Shown piece by piece: positions 27,773 to 35,727 of a stretch of 64,000 bases of DNA. Below the pieces are notes generated by a model. That model was given only the letters and a program-made list of their open reading frames with translations. It was not told the origin of the DNA and searched no databases. The number at the start of each line of letters is the position of its first letter. The first letter of the stretch is position 1. The DNA is from Oscillospiraceae bacterium (GTDB taxonomy: Bacteria > Bacillota > Clostridia > WRLR01), in assembly GCA_009777515.1 (NCBI GenBank), contig WRLR01000003.1, positions 7,289-71,288 of the forward strand, given 5' to 3'. The translations under genes were made by a program, and so were the position numbers.

Positions 27773-29260
27773 CTATTTTTTCTTTTTGCGCTTTTGGGTG
27801 CCATAATTTTTTTGTGTGTTCGACCGCGTGTCCCCGCCTCTCGGGCGCTGTTGCTGGGTCGCGCCCGGCGCGTTTTTCGCATTCATCGCATTCATCGCAT
27901 TGTTCGCACCGCCGGCGTCTGCGTCATCTTTGCCGCCGATGCTCACGCCTTCTCCGTCCCCACTCTCCCCACCGCCGCCGTCCCGGTCGCCGCTGTCTTC
28001 GCTATCGGGAACAGAGCCATCGTCCACAGTAGTAACACCAGGTATCCTATATTTAGTTTCAAAAACACCGCCGTGAACAACACCGTCGGAACCTGAGGAT
28101 TTTATCTTTCCGCCGCCCGTCCCGCCTGTGCCGCCCAAAGAACTGATGACCCTGTTAATCATGGCGCCGCCGTCATAGAGGTTTTCCTGTGCGCCGCCAG
28201 CCTGCGCATCGCCGGATATCGCTATGACGCCGCCGTCCGCGCCTATGTATTCGCCCGAGCTAGCTCGCTCTCCCGCGCCCGTGCCCGCATTACCCGCTCC
28301 TGTGCCTGGCAACGTTCCGCCGCTTTTATCGGGAAGCCGCTTTCGGGCGCCCGTTGCAGCGCTTTTCCCAGTGAACACATTATCCAGTTTTAAAACATAT
28401 TTGTTAATGAACAACTGCTGTACTATTTGAATCATGTAGCCTGCAATCCAATATACCAATACGCCCGCCGGGAGCTGGAACGAAAAAATCAACGTCATAA
28501 CGGGCCCCAGCACCTGCATGGACTTGCTCATCGAAGACGCTTGTTGGTTCTGCGTCGACTGGGCGGCGGTCGAGGCCATGGATATCCTGCCGGAAATATA
28601 TGTCGAAACAACGCCTATGATAGGGATCAAAAGCAGCGGCAAGTATATCGGCATCAACTCGCCGAACAAAACATCGGGCGAATAGGTCGGCGTCAGGCTT
28701 AAATCCAGCCCGAAAAAATTCATGTTTATAAAATCCGCCGGCAGCAGAAGGTTGGCCGATTCCGCTTGCGCCATATGCGCCGGGTTCATTTTGAAAAAAT
28801 TGACGACCTCCATCTCCTGTACGAAAGACCTTGTGTTTCCGGACAAGGTGTTATAGAGGTCCTGCAGAGCCGCAATTTGCTCCTGCGTTTTTCCGAGCAT
28901 ATATCGAAGCGGCCTGGTCACGACGGGGTAGAGCGAAAATAAAATGGGGAACTGGATAAGCAGGGGAAGGCATCCCCCAGCGGGATTGACCTTTTCTTGC
29001 TGGTAGAGCTTCATTGTCTCTTCTTGGAGTCGCTTTTTGTCAGTGCCGAACTGCCTCCGCAGCTCCTCGAGCTTTGGGTTGAGTTTTTGCATCTTTGCCG
29101 TCCCCTGGTACTGCTTGATGGTCAGGGGCAGCATCAACAGCCTGGTGAGTATGGTAAACAGGATCAACGTGAACCCGTAGTTCTCAAAGGTGATATAGTT
29201 ATATATGAAATACATCAGTCTCCCAAGCGGGATCGACAGCGGATCAAATAAATTCATCAT
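27773..29260 (-). CDS. yidC: membrane protein insertase YidC with ~210-aa Gly/Asp/Ser-rich C-terminal extension
   Basis: YidC/Oxa1 core (NPAGGCLPLLIQFPILFSLY) in conserved synteny. Start overlaps the yidD stop. Confidence 0.95.
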   Translation of the reverse strand: MMNLFDPLSIPLGRLMYFIYNYITFENYGFTLILFTILTRLLMLPLTIKQYQGTAKMQKLNPKLEELRRQFGTDKKRLQEETMKLYQQEKVNPAGGCLPLLIQFPILFSLYPVVTRPLRYMLGKTQEQIAALQDLYNTLSGNTRSFVQEMEVVNFFKMNPAHMAQAESANLLLPADFINMNFFGLDLSLTPTYSPDVLFGELMPIYLPLLLIPIIGVVSTYISGRISMASTAAQSTQNQQASSMSKSMQVLGPVMTLIFSFQLPAGVLVYWIAGYMIQIVQQLFINKYVLKLDNVFTGKSAATGARKRLPDKSGGTLPGTGAGNAGTGAGERASSGEYIGADGGVIAISGDAQAGGAQENLYDGGAMINRVISSLGGTGGTGGGKIKSSGSDGVVHGGVFETKYRIPGVTTVDDGSVPDSEDSGDRDGGGGESGDGEGVSIGGKDDADAGGANNAMNAMNAKNAPGATQQQRPRGGDTRSNTQKNYGTQKRKKKK

Positions 29261-29478
29261 TTTACTGGGTCATAGCCTCCCTTTCCAAAAGGATTGCATC
29301 GCAGGATCCGCCAAACGGTCAGCAAAAAACCCCTCATAGCCCCATATCTGCCTATCGCCTCGACGGCATAGGCGGAACATGTGGGCTGAAATCTGCAGCT
29401 CGGCCGCTTCATGGAAGATAGATGGTTTCTATAAAAGTTTATCAGGGCTATCAAGCCCCGTTGTGCGATTTTCCCCAT
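29257..29478 (-). CDS. yidD: membrane protein insertion efficiency factor YidD
   Basis: 73 aa with the CRFQPTCSAYAVEAI...RCNPF signature. Confidence 0.95.
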   Translation of the reverse strand: MGKIAQRGLIALINFYRNHLSSMKRPSCRFQPTCSAYAVEAIGRYGAMRGFLLTVWRILRCNPFGKGGYDPVK

Positions 29479-29608
29479 ATGCGATAGCTTATGTTTATGC
29501 TTTAGCTTATGCTTATGCGATAGCTTATGTTTTAGCTTATGAGCGAGCTTATGTTCATGCGTTAGCCTATGTTCATGTGTTTGCTTGTGCTTTAGCTTAT
29601 GATTATGT
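29479..29608. repeat. ~22 hexamer units (GCTTAT-like) filling the entire rnpA-yidD spacer
   Basis: gcgata gcttat gtttat gcttta gcttat gcttat gcgata gcttat ... AGCTTATG occurs 6 times. Confidence 0.9.
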
Positions 29609-30079
29609 TTATAATGGTCTTTCGCATGCGCCCGCCCTGGTTAACAAATGCACCATCTCGCGCCGGATATCATAAAAACCGGGCGCGCAGCCCCCCGGCC
29701 TCGCCTTGGCCGTGAACACAAACAGGTAGCCGTTTTTTACCTGCCCCTCAATCTGCCGATAATTTTCCTTAATTAAGCGTTTCATACGGTTGCGTCGGAC
29801 GCTGTTTCCGGCTTTTTTGCTAATGGCGATACCCAATGCGTTGCCCATAGCAATGCATTGGGTGTTGCCTATGGCATTGCAATGAGTATTACCCATAGTA
29901 TTGCATTTTAAATTGCCTATAGCAGTATTTTTTGCGCTATAAATGGCGGCGTCCGGCGTTCGGTCTATAAGGTTTTCATTTAATACATGCAGAACCAAAT
30001 GTTTGCCGGAAAAATGCTTTCCGTTATTATATACACGCGTGAAATCTACTTTTTTCTTTATTGTAGCGGTATATTTCAT
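29609..30079 (-). CDS. rnpA: RNase P protein component RnpA with internal tandem-repeat insertion
   Basis: RNR motif KKAGNSVRRNRMKRLIKE. MKYTATIKKKVDFTRVY aligns with the usual RnpA N-terminus. An upstream ATG at 30127 is an alternative start. Confidence 0.9.
   Translation of the reverse strand: MKYTATIKKKVDFTRVYNNGKHFSGKHLVLHVLNENLIDRTPDAAIYSAKNTAIGNLKCNTMGNTHCNAIGNTQCIAMGNALGIAISKKAGNSVRRNRMKRLIKENYRQIEGQVKNGYLFVFTAKARPGGCAPGFYDIRREMVHLLTRAGACERPL
29838..29933. repeat. 4 x 24-nt in-frame tandem repeat inside rnpA (8-aa units xxIGNxxC)
   Basis: gcgttgcccatagcaatgcattgg / gtgttgcctatggcattgcaatga / gtattacccatagtattgcatttt / aaattgcctatagcagtatttttt. Confidence 0.85.
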
Positions 30080-30184
30080 TGTCAGTAAAGAAAAGACCAC
30101 TTTCGCGGCCCTGTTTCTTTTCGTCATTCCGTCATATGGATTTGTACAATATAGATATAGATTTTCGTGCCGCTGCGCTGTCTG

Positions 30185-30319
30185 TTACAGCGACAGGCGC
30201 CTCCGCCCCTTTTGCCTTCTGCGGCGCAGAACTGCCCTGCCGCCCTTGGCGCTCATCCTGCTGCGGAAACCGTGCACGCGGCTCCGCTGCTTCTTTTTCG
30301 GCTGATATGTCCTTAACAT
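30185..30319 (-). CDS. rpmH: 50S ribosomal protein L34
   Basis: Not in the ORF track (44 aa). Hand translation: [48 protein letters not shown] 8 nt upstream. Confidence 0.95.
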   Translation of the reverse strand: MLRTYQPKKKQRSRVHGFRSRMSAKGGRAVLRRRRQKGRRRLSL

Positions 30320-30358
30320 CGGTAAACTCCTTCCGGTTGCACCAAATGCAACTTAATA

Positions 30359-30387
30359 ATTATATGTAATAACAACGAGGGTGTCAA
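30359..30387 (-). promoter_or_regulatory. consensus sigma-A promoter for rpmH-rnpA
   Basis: On the minus strand: TTGACA (30387..30382), 17-nt spacer, TATAAT (30364..30359). Confidence 0.75.
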
Positions 30388-30394
30388 TCCTAAG

Positions 30395-31594
30395 TCAAGG
30401 TGATTGGTTTATTTGGCCGTTTTTTACGTTGAAATAACTGGCTTCGATGGAGGTGCTGCCGGGCGGGGCGTAGCGTTCGACGCCCGTTATGATAGTCTGG
30501 GCGTTTTTCATGTTCTCAGATAGGTTTTCCCTGCGGCTGCCATCCAGTTCAGACATGACGTCGTCCAGGAGCAGCACAGGATAGTCGCCGGTTTCATCGG
30601 CCATCACATCCACTTGTGCCATTTTCAACGCGAGCGCCGCCGTGCGCTGCTGCCCCTGCGAACCAAAGAGCCGTAGGCTCCGGCCGTCGACCGCGCTTGT
30701 CAAGTCGTCCTTGTGCGGCCCGTATTGCGTCGCCATACGCGCAACGTCCGTTTGCAACCCGTGTTCCAAGGCGTTTTCGAACGCATGCGCATACGCCTCT
30801 TCGACGCGACGCTTAATCTCCTCATCCCAAGCGGCGCCGTTTTCATTTGCCTCAGAGCCCTGCTGCCCCATCGCTAAATCCCCTAACCGATCCCCCGTCA
30901 TTTTTAGCGACGGATCGTATAAAACAGACAGCATTTCACGACCGCCAGTAATCCGCGAATGGTTAGCTTTCGCGAAATAGGCAATCCGCCCGGTAAAATA
31001 CGTCCTCTCCCTCATGACCTTCGCTCCAAAATCGGCAAGCTGCGCGTCCCAGGCCCCTATTGTGCCAAGCAGCGACGGATTCTCCCTGGACTGGCGCAAC
31101 AGCGCGTTTCGTTGGCGGAGGGCGCTTAGGTAACGTTGCAGATTAAAATAGTATGCGGGCTTTATCTGGCTGATAAACATGTCGAGGAAACGCCGCCGCA
31201 CTGCCGGTTCGTCTTTTATTATCGCCAAGTCCTCCGGGGAAAAGATGGCGCAGTTCAACCGACCCAGTAAATCGCCGCCCCGGCGCTGGGGCACGCCGTT
31301 GATAATTATGCTCTTGCGCCCGGTACGCTGGATTTCAATCTCAATGTTAAAGCTGCCGAATTTTTCGCGTTCCAATTCCAGGGATACGACTGCAGCCTCC
31401 TCCCCGAATTTTATCATTTCCGAGTCTTTGAGCGTCCTGTGCGATCGGCCTGTGGAGCATAAAAAAACGGCCTCAAGGATATTCGTTTTCCCTTGGGCGT
31501 TTTCCCCATACAATACGTTTAACCTATTGGAAAATTCTACTGTCTGCTGCCCGTAATTGCGAAAATTGCGGAGCTGCAGGGTTTTTATTGTCAT
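30395..31594 (-). CDS. recF: DNA replication and repair protein RecF
   Basis: Walker A GENAQGKTNILEA, LFGSQGQQRT signature, LLLDDVMSELD. Confidence 0.95.
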   Translation of the reverse strand: MTIKTLQLRNFRNYGQQTVEFSNRLNVLYGENAQGKTNILEAVFLCSTGRSHRTLKDSEMIKFGEEAAVVSLELEREKFGSFNIEIEIQRTGRKSIIINGVPQRRGGDLLGRLNCAIFSPEDLAIIKDEPAVRRRFLDMFISQIKPAYYFNLQRYLSALRQRNALLRQSRENPSLLGTIGAWDAQLADFGAKVMRERTYFTGRIAYFAKANHSRITGGREMLSVLYDPSLKMTGDRLGDLAMGQQGSEANENGAAWDEEIKRRVEEAYAHAFENALEHGLQTDVARMATQYGPHKDDLTSAVDGRSLRLFGSQGQQRTAALALKMAQVDVMADETGDYPVLLLDDVMSELDGSRRENLSENMKNAQTIITGVERYAPPGSTSIEASYFNVKNGQINQSP

Positions 31595-31600
31595 ATATAT

Positions 31601-32713
31601 TTACTCGCCGACTTTGACGGGCAATATCAGGTATGTGTAACTATCGTTGTTAACAGGCCGTATCACGCATTGGCCGAACTTTGTAGTAAAACGTATGACC
31701 ACCGTTTCATCGTCTATGGCGCGAAGCGTCTCAATAACATAGCGGGGGTTCAGCGCCACTTCTATGGGATCGCCGGACATATCTATTGCGATTTCCTCGT
31801 CCGCGTTGCCCCTGTCGCTCAAGGCGTGAATGAGGATCGACTCTTCTGAAACCTTGAGCAGGACAGGGTACAGCCTGACCAGATCGGAACTGATAATCAG
31901 CGACGCTCGCTCTATCGCCTCGAGCAGCCTTTGCTTGTCGATCGTCACCTGCGTCCTGTATTCGGACGGCAATATATATTTGTAGTTAAAAAACTCCCCA
32001 TCGATGATGCGCGTGTACATGCGGCAGTTCCCGAACTCTATGACCGCCTGGTTGTCGCCGCCGTACAGGCGCAGCTCGCCTATCGTGGACGGGATGATCC
32101 TCATTAGCTCGCTGACCGTCCGCGAAGGGATGATCATCTTTATTTCATTTACTGCCGGCTCCACCGGGTTCATACGCAGCGCGATCCGGAAGCCGTCGAC
32201 AGCAACGGCCCGCAGCTCGCCGCCCCCGCTCTCGAGGAACAGCCCCGTCAGGACTTTACGCGACTCGTCGGTGCCTATGGCGAACGACGTCTGCGTAAAC
32301 ATGCGTTTGAGCGTAAACTGGTCGATGCTGTACACATTTGTCGGCTCGACCTGCGGGAAAGACGGAAATGTGTCCGTCTGTATGGAAAATATTACATACA
32401 CGGACCCGCCAGAATTGATCCGGATTTTTGTTTCGTCCAGCGTTTCTATGGCGACCTCGTCGCCGGGCAGGTTGCGCACTATGTCGTTGAAAAGCCTCGC
32501 GTTGACAACGGTCTCGCCGGGCTCCGCGATGCGCGCCGGGAACGTGCATTCAATGCCTATCTCGTTGTCGGTCCCATACAGGATGATCATGTCGCTCTGC
32601 GCGCTGATGTGGATACCTTCCAGGATGGGCATGGTAGACCTTGCATTTACCGCCCTTTGTACATTGTTGACCGCATCCGCAATCTCATCCTTGCCACACT
32701 CGAAAAACATCAA
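31601..32713 (-). CDS. dnaN: DNA polymerase III beta sliding clamp
   Basis: 370 aa between dnaA and recF, with typical DnaN N-terminus and length. Confidence 0.95.
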   Translation of the reverse strand: MMFFECGKDEIADAVNNVQRAVNARSTMPILEGIHISAQSDMIILYGTDNEIGIECTFPARIAEPGETVVNARLFNDIVRNLPGDEVAIETLDETKIRINSGGSVYVIFSIQTDTFPSFPQVEPTNVYSIDQFTLKRMFTQTSFAIGTDESRKVLTGLFLESGGGELRAVAVDGFRIALRMNPVEPAVNEIKMIIPSRTVSELMRIIPSTIGELRLYGGDNQAVIEFGNCRMYTRIIDGEFFNYKYILPSEYRTQVTIDKQRLLEAIERASLIISSDLVRLYPVLLKVSEESILIHALSDRGNADEEIAIDMSGDPIEVALNPRYVIETLRAIDDETVVIRFTTKFGQCVIRPVNNDSYTYLILPVKVGE

Positions 32714-32883
32714 ACCTTACCGCCATTCGTAAAATTTTCCATAAAATCCCATATCAGTGTATATATCTATTTATATAAATAATAAAAAATAGTTATCGTA
32801 ATAGGCGCTGTGCATACTGTTTATAAACCGGTTAAATAGTGCGCCGGATAATGCGCCGGCTCGTTTTTATGACCGCTATGCTA

Positions 32884-33007
32884 TGTGGATATGCTGTGGA
32901 AAATTTGCTTCGCTATGCACAAGGCAAATTATAACTTTTAGATGTCTTTGGTTTTCCACATAAAATAAACATCATTTTTATCAACATATGCACAAAAGTG
33001 TGGATAT
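32884..33007. promoter_or_regulatory. cluster of five DnaA-box-like 9-mers
   Basis: One mismatch each to TTATCCACA or its complement: TGTGGATAT 32884..32892, TGTGGAAAA 32895..32903, TTTTCCACA 32952..32960, TTATCAACA 32978..32986, TGTGGATAT 32999..33007. Confidence 0.75.
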
Positions 33008-33060
33008 AAAAAACAAATGGGCATTAACGCACGTTTGCTCAAGTGCTCTTGTGCTAAAAG

Positions 33061-33095
33061 CGCCGGGCGCCGGGCGTCGGGCGTCGGACGCCGGA
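33061..33095. repeat. 5 x 7-nt GC-rich tandem repeat just downstream of the dnaA stop
   Basis: cgccggg cgccggg cgtcggg cgtcgga cgccgga. Confidence 0.85.
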
Positions 33096-33108
33096 CCCTT
33101 TGCTTTGA

Positions 33109-34437
33109 CTAAAACACCGGCCCTTTTATATCGGAAATCAAGTTCTCGATGAGCCTTTTCGTCTCGCCGCTGGTCAAAATCTCCTCATTCACTTTTTTTA
33201 TCGCATGCATGACCGTCGTGTGGTTCTTTTTCCCGAATAGGGTCCCGATGCTCGGCAGCGACATGCCCAACAATTCCCGGCAAAGGTACATGGCTATCTG
33301 CCTTGGGTATACAATCTCGTTGCTGCGTTTCTTCGACGATACAAAATCGTCGTCCCTCAAATCGAAAAATTTGCAAATGGCGTCTATGATGACGTCTTGG
33401 GTGATTTCGCGGCTTTCGCCGCCCGAAATGATATTTTTGAGCGCCTCCTCCGCTATGGCCCGCGTGAGATCGTAGTCCGTAAGCGACGCGTACGCCACAA
33501 CCCTGTTGAGCGCGCCCTCCAGCAGGCGGATGTTCGACGGGATTATCTCGGCAATATACGCGATGATCTCCTCAGGCACGATGAGGTCCTGCAGCCAGGC
33601 CTTCTTCCTGAGTATCGCGACCCTGGTCTCGAAGTCGGGCTCCTGCACGTCCGCCGTGAGGCCCCACTCGAAGCGCGTGCGCAGCCGCTCGTCAAGGAGC
33701 GGGATGTCGCCGGGCTTTTTGTCGCTGGCGATAACGATCTGCTTGTCGGCGTCGTACAGCGTGTTGAACGTGTAGAAGAACTCTTCCTGCGTGCGCTCCT
33801 TGCGGCTTATGAACTGCACGTCGTCCAGCAGCAGCAGGTCGACGCTGCGGTACCAGCTCCTGAACTCGTTGTTTTTGTCGTCCCTTATGGCGTTTATAAG
33901 TTCGTTCGTAAATTTCTCCGTCGGCACGTACAGTACGTTTGTGTGCGGCCGCTGTTTTAGCACATAGTTGCCAATGGCGTGCATGAGGTGCGTTTTGCCA
34001 AGCCCCGCCCCTCCGTAGAGGAAAAGCGGGTTGTACGCTTTCCCGATGCTCTCCGCGACCGCAACAGAGGCGGCGTGCGCCAGCTTGTTGCTGTTGCCTA
34101 TGACAAATGTGTCGAACGTATATTTGGAATTTAGAAGGGTTGTATATTGAATGTTTTCTTCGTTGGTATTTTCAGCGCCTGCGATGCCGTCGTCCAGCAG
34201 TATGTTTATGGAATAGTCCTTGTGCGTGACGACCTGTATCGCGTTCTTAATCAGATTGACAAAGTTCTGCTCAATATGGTTCTTTACAAACTCTTGACGG
34301 ACTGAAAGGTCAATCGAATTGGCGTTTAGAGAAATCGGTACGATAGGTTCAAACCATGTCTTATATCCAACTTCGGACACTTCTTTTTCAAGAAGGACAA
34401 GGGTGTGGTCCCATATGGCGCTCAACTGGCTGCTCAT
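33109..34437 (-). CDS. dnaA: chromosomal replication initiator DnaA
   Basis: Walker A GGAGLGKTHLMHA, LLLDDVQF, C-terminal DnaA-box-binding HTH. ATG 34437 lies 8 nt after GGGGAGG; the track GTG 34443 is too close to the SD. Confidence 0.97.
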   Translation of the reverse strand: MSSQLSAIWDHTLVLLEKEVSEVGYKTWFEPIVPISLNANSIDLSVRQEFVKNHIEQNFVNLIKNAIQVVTHKDYSINILLDDGIAGAENTNEENIQYTTLLNSKYTFDTFVIGNSNKLAHAASVAVAESIGKAYNPLFLYGGAGLGKTHLMHAIGNYVLKQRPHTNVLYVPTEKFTNELINAIRDDKNNEFRSWYRSVDLLLLDDVQFISRKERTQEEFFYTFNTLYDADKQIVIASDKKPGDIPLLDERLRTRFEWGLTADVQEPDFETRVAILRKKAWLQDLIVPEEIIAYIAEIIPSNIRLLEGALNRVVAYASLTDYDLTRAIAEEALKNIISGGESREITQDVIIDAICKFFDLRDDDFVSSKKRSNEIVYPRQIAMYLCRELLGMSLPSIGTLFGKKNHTTVMHAIKKVNEEILTSGETKRLIENLISDIKGPVF

Positions 34438-34704
34438 TCGCACATCCTCCCCAGGCCTTATGTATATGTATGTGTGTTCGCCCCATCAGGGTTGTAAATG
34501 CAATGCTTCCGCTATACCTCCGTTTTATTGTTTAATAGTGTTTAATAATGTTTGTCGACACGATATTATAGCACTGCCTTTCGGCATATGGGCATAATTA
34601 TCTCGAACATTTAGGTATCATACCAAATCCATTGTTAATTATCAATCCATAAAATTCTCCCAAAATAGCGAATTTAAATCCGATTTGAGATATAATGCTA
34701 CGGT

Positions 34705-35652
34705 ATGATTATATCACAGACTTTGTTATTATTCATAAATAAATGGTTAAAATTGCCCATTCATCCGTTTAACCTGAGCAACGAGGGCGACAAAACGTAC
34801 GCTGAGTGGCAGTTTGAGAAGGGCGCCCAGACGATCGCGTATTATATGCCGGTCGCGACGCCGGCCGATATGTTTGAGGGGAAGGACGTGCTGGACATCG
34901 GGTGCGGGGCGGCGGGGAAAAGTTTGTATTACGCGTCCCTGGGAGCGCGGCGCGTCGTGGGGCTGGACGTCGTCGAGCACTACCGGGACGAGGCGATGGG
35001 GCTGGCGCGAAAGAAAGGATTCGACGGCACGTTCGAGTTTGTATGCGCCGACGCCGCCGAAACCGGGTTCGGGGACGGCGCCTTTGATACTGTCATTATG
35101 AATGACGCCGTGGAGCATGTGGCCAGGCCGGAGGCGGTGCTGCGCGAGGCGCTGCGCCTGCTGGCGCCGGGCGGGCGGCTGTATTTGAATTTCCCGCCCT
35201 ATTACCACCCATATGGCGCCCATTTGAGCGATGCCATCGCCATGCCGTGGGTGCATGTGTTTTTTTCGGAGAAGACGCTGATCGCCGTGTATAAGCGGTT
35301 GGTGGGCGGGCTGCCGGACGCGGGGCGGAGGGTGGCGCTGCGCGTTTCGCGGAGGGGCGGCGGCGTAGGGGATGATATCGGAGGCGCGGGCGCAGGCGAT
35401 GGCGGCGGTGCGGGCGGTGGCGCGGATGGCGATTCGGGCATCGGCGGCACGGGCGCGGGCGACGAATATTTGTCATTTATCAACCGCATGACGATTCGGC
35501 GGTTCCGGGGCATATTGCGGGAACTGCCAGCTGAATGCGTATATTACCACGAAGAGCCGCTCAGGGGGTTTTTGCGCCCCCTGTCGCGGCTCCCGGGGTT
35601 CCGAGAATTTTTTGTCAAAATGGTCGTCGCAGTGCTGGCTCCGAAGCCATAA
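34705..35652 (+). CDS. class I SAM-dependent methyltransferase with Gly-rich insertion
   Basis: Motif I VLDIGCGAAGKS and DGAFDTVIMNDAVEH. TATAAT at 34691..34696 is only 8 nt from the ATG, so the mRNA may be leaderless. Confidence 0.8.
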   Translation: MIISQTLLLFINKWLKLPIHPFNLSNEGDKTYAEWQFEKGAQTIAYYMPVATPADMFEGKDVLDIGCGAAGKSLYYASLGARRVVGLDVVEHYRDEAMGLARKKGFDGTFEFVCADAAETGFGDGAFDTVIMNDAVEHVARPEAVLREALRLLAPGGRLYLNFPPYYHPYGAHLSDAIAMPWVHVFFSEKTLIAVYKRLVGGLPDAGRRVALRVSRRGGGVGDDIGGAGAGDGGGAGGGADGDSGIGGTGAGDEYLSFINRMTIRRFRGILRELPAECVYYHEEPLRGFLRPLSRLPGFREFFVKMVVAVLAPKP

Positions 35653-35690
35653 CATAAGCGGCCATAACATAAACGGCTATAACATAATTA
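35646..35690. repeat. 3 x 15-nt tandem repeat starting across the stop codon
   Basis: gccataacataagcg gccataacataaacg gctataacataatta. Confidence 0.85.
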
Positions 35691-35727
35691 ATTAATAAGC
35701 CGTATTATAATTATTAATTAATGATTA

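Larger units (their letters stand above)
32714..33108. other. oriC segment (dnaA-dnaN intergenic region)
   Basis: AT-rich block at 32731..32800 (candidate DNA-unwinding element) next to a DnaA-box cluster. Gene orientation in the window switches around here. Confidence 0.75.

Noticed and set aside
29479-29608. Possible CRISPR array (also checked at 53740..53830, 21790..21950 and 20816..20899)
   Set aside because: The units are 6-24 nt and contiguous, with no unique spacers of 25-40 nt, and there are no cas genes in the window. They are simple tandem repeats.
32004-32732. 242-aa plus-strand ORF
   Set aside because: It is antisense to dnaN, whose identity and synteny are secure.
34444-34704. 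Second half of a bipartite oriC upstream of dnaA
   Set aside because: The region is AT-rich, but the best DnaA-box-like 9-mers have 3 mismatches. A by-eye scan gives insufficient evidence.
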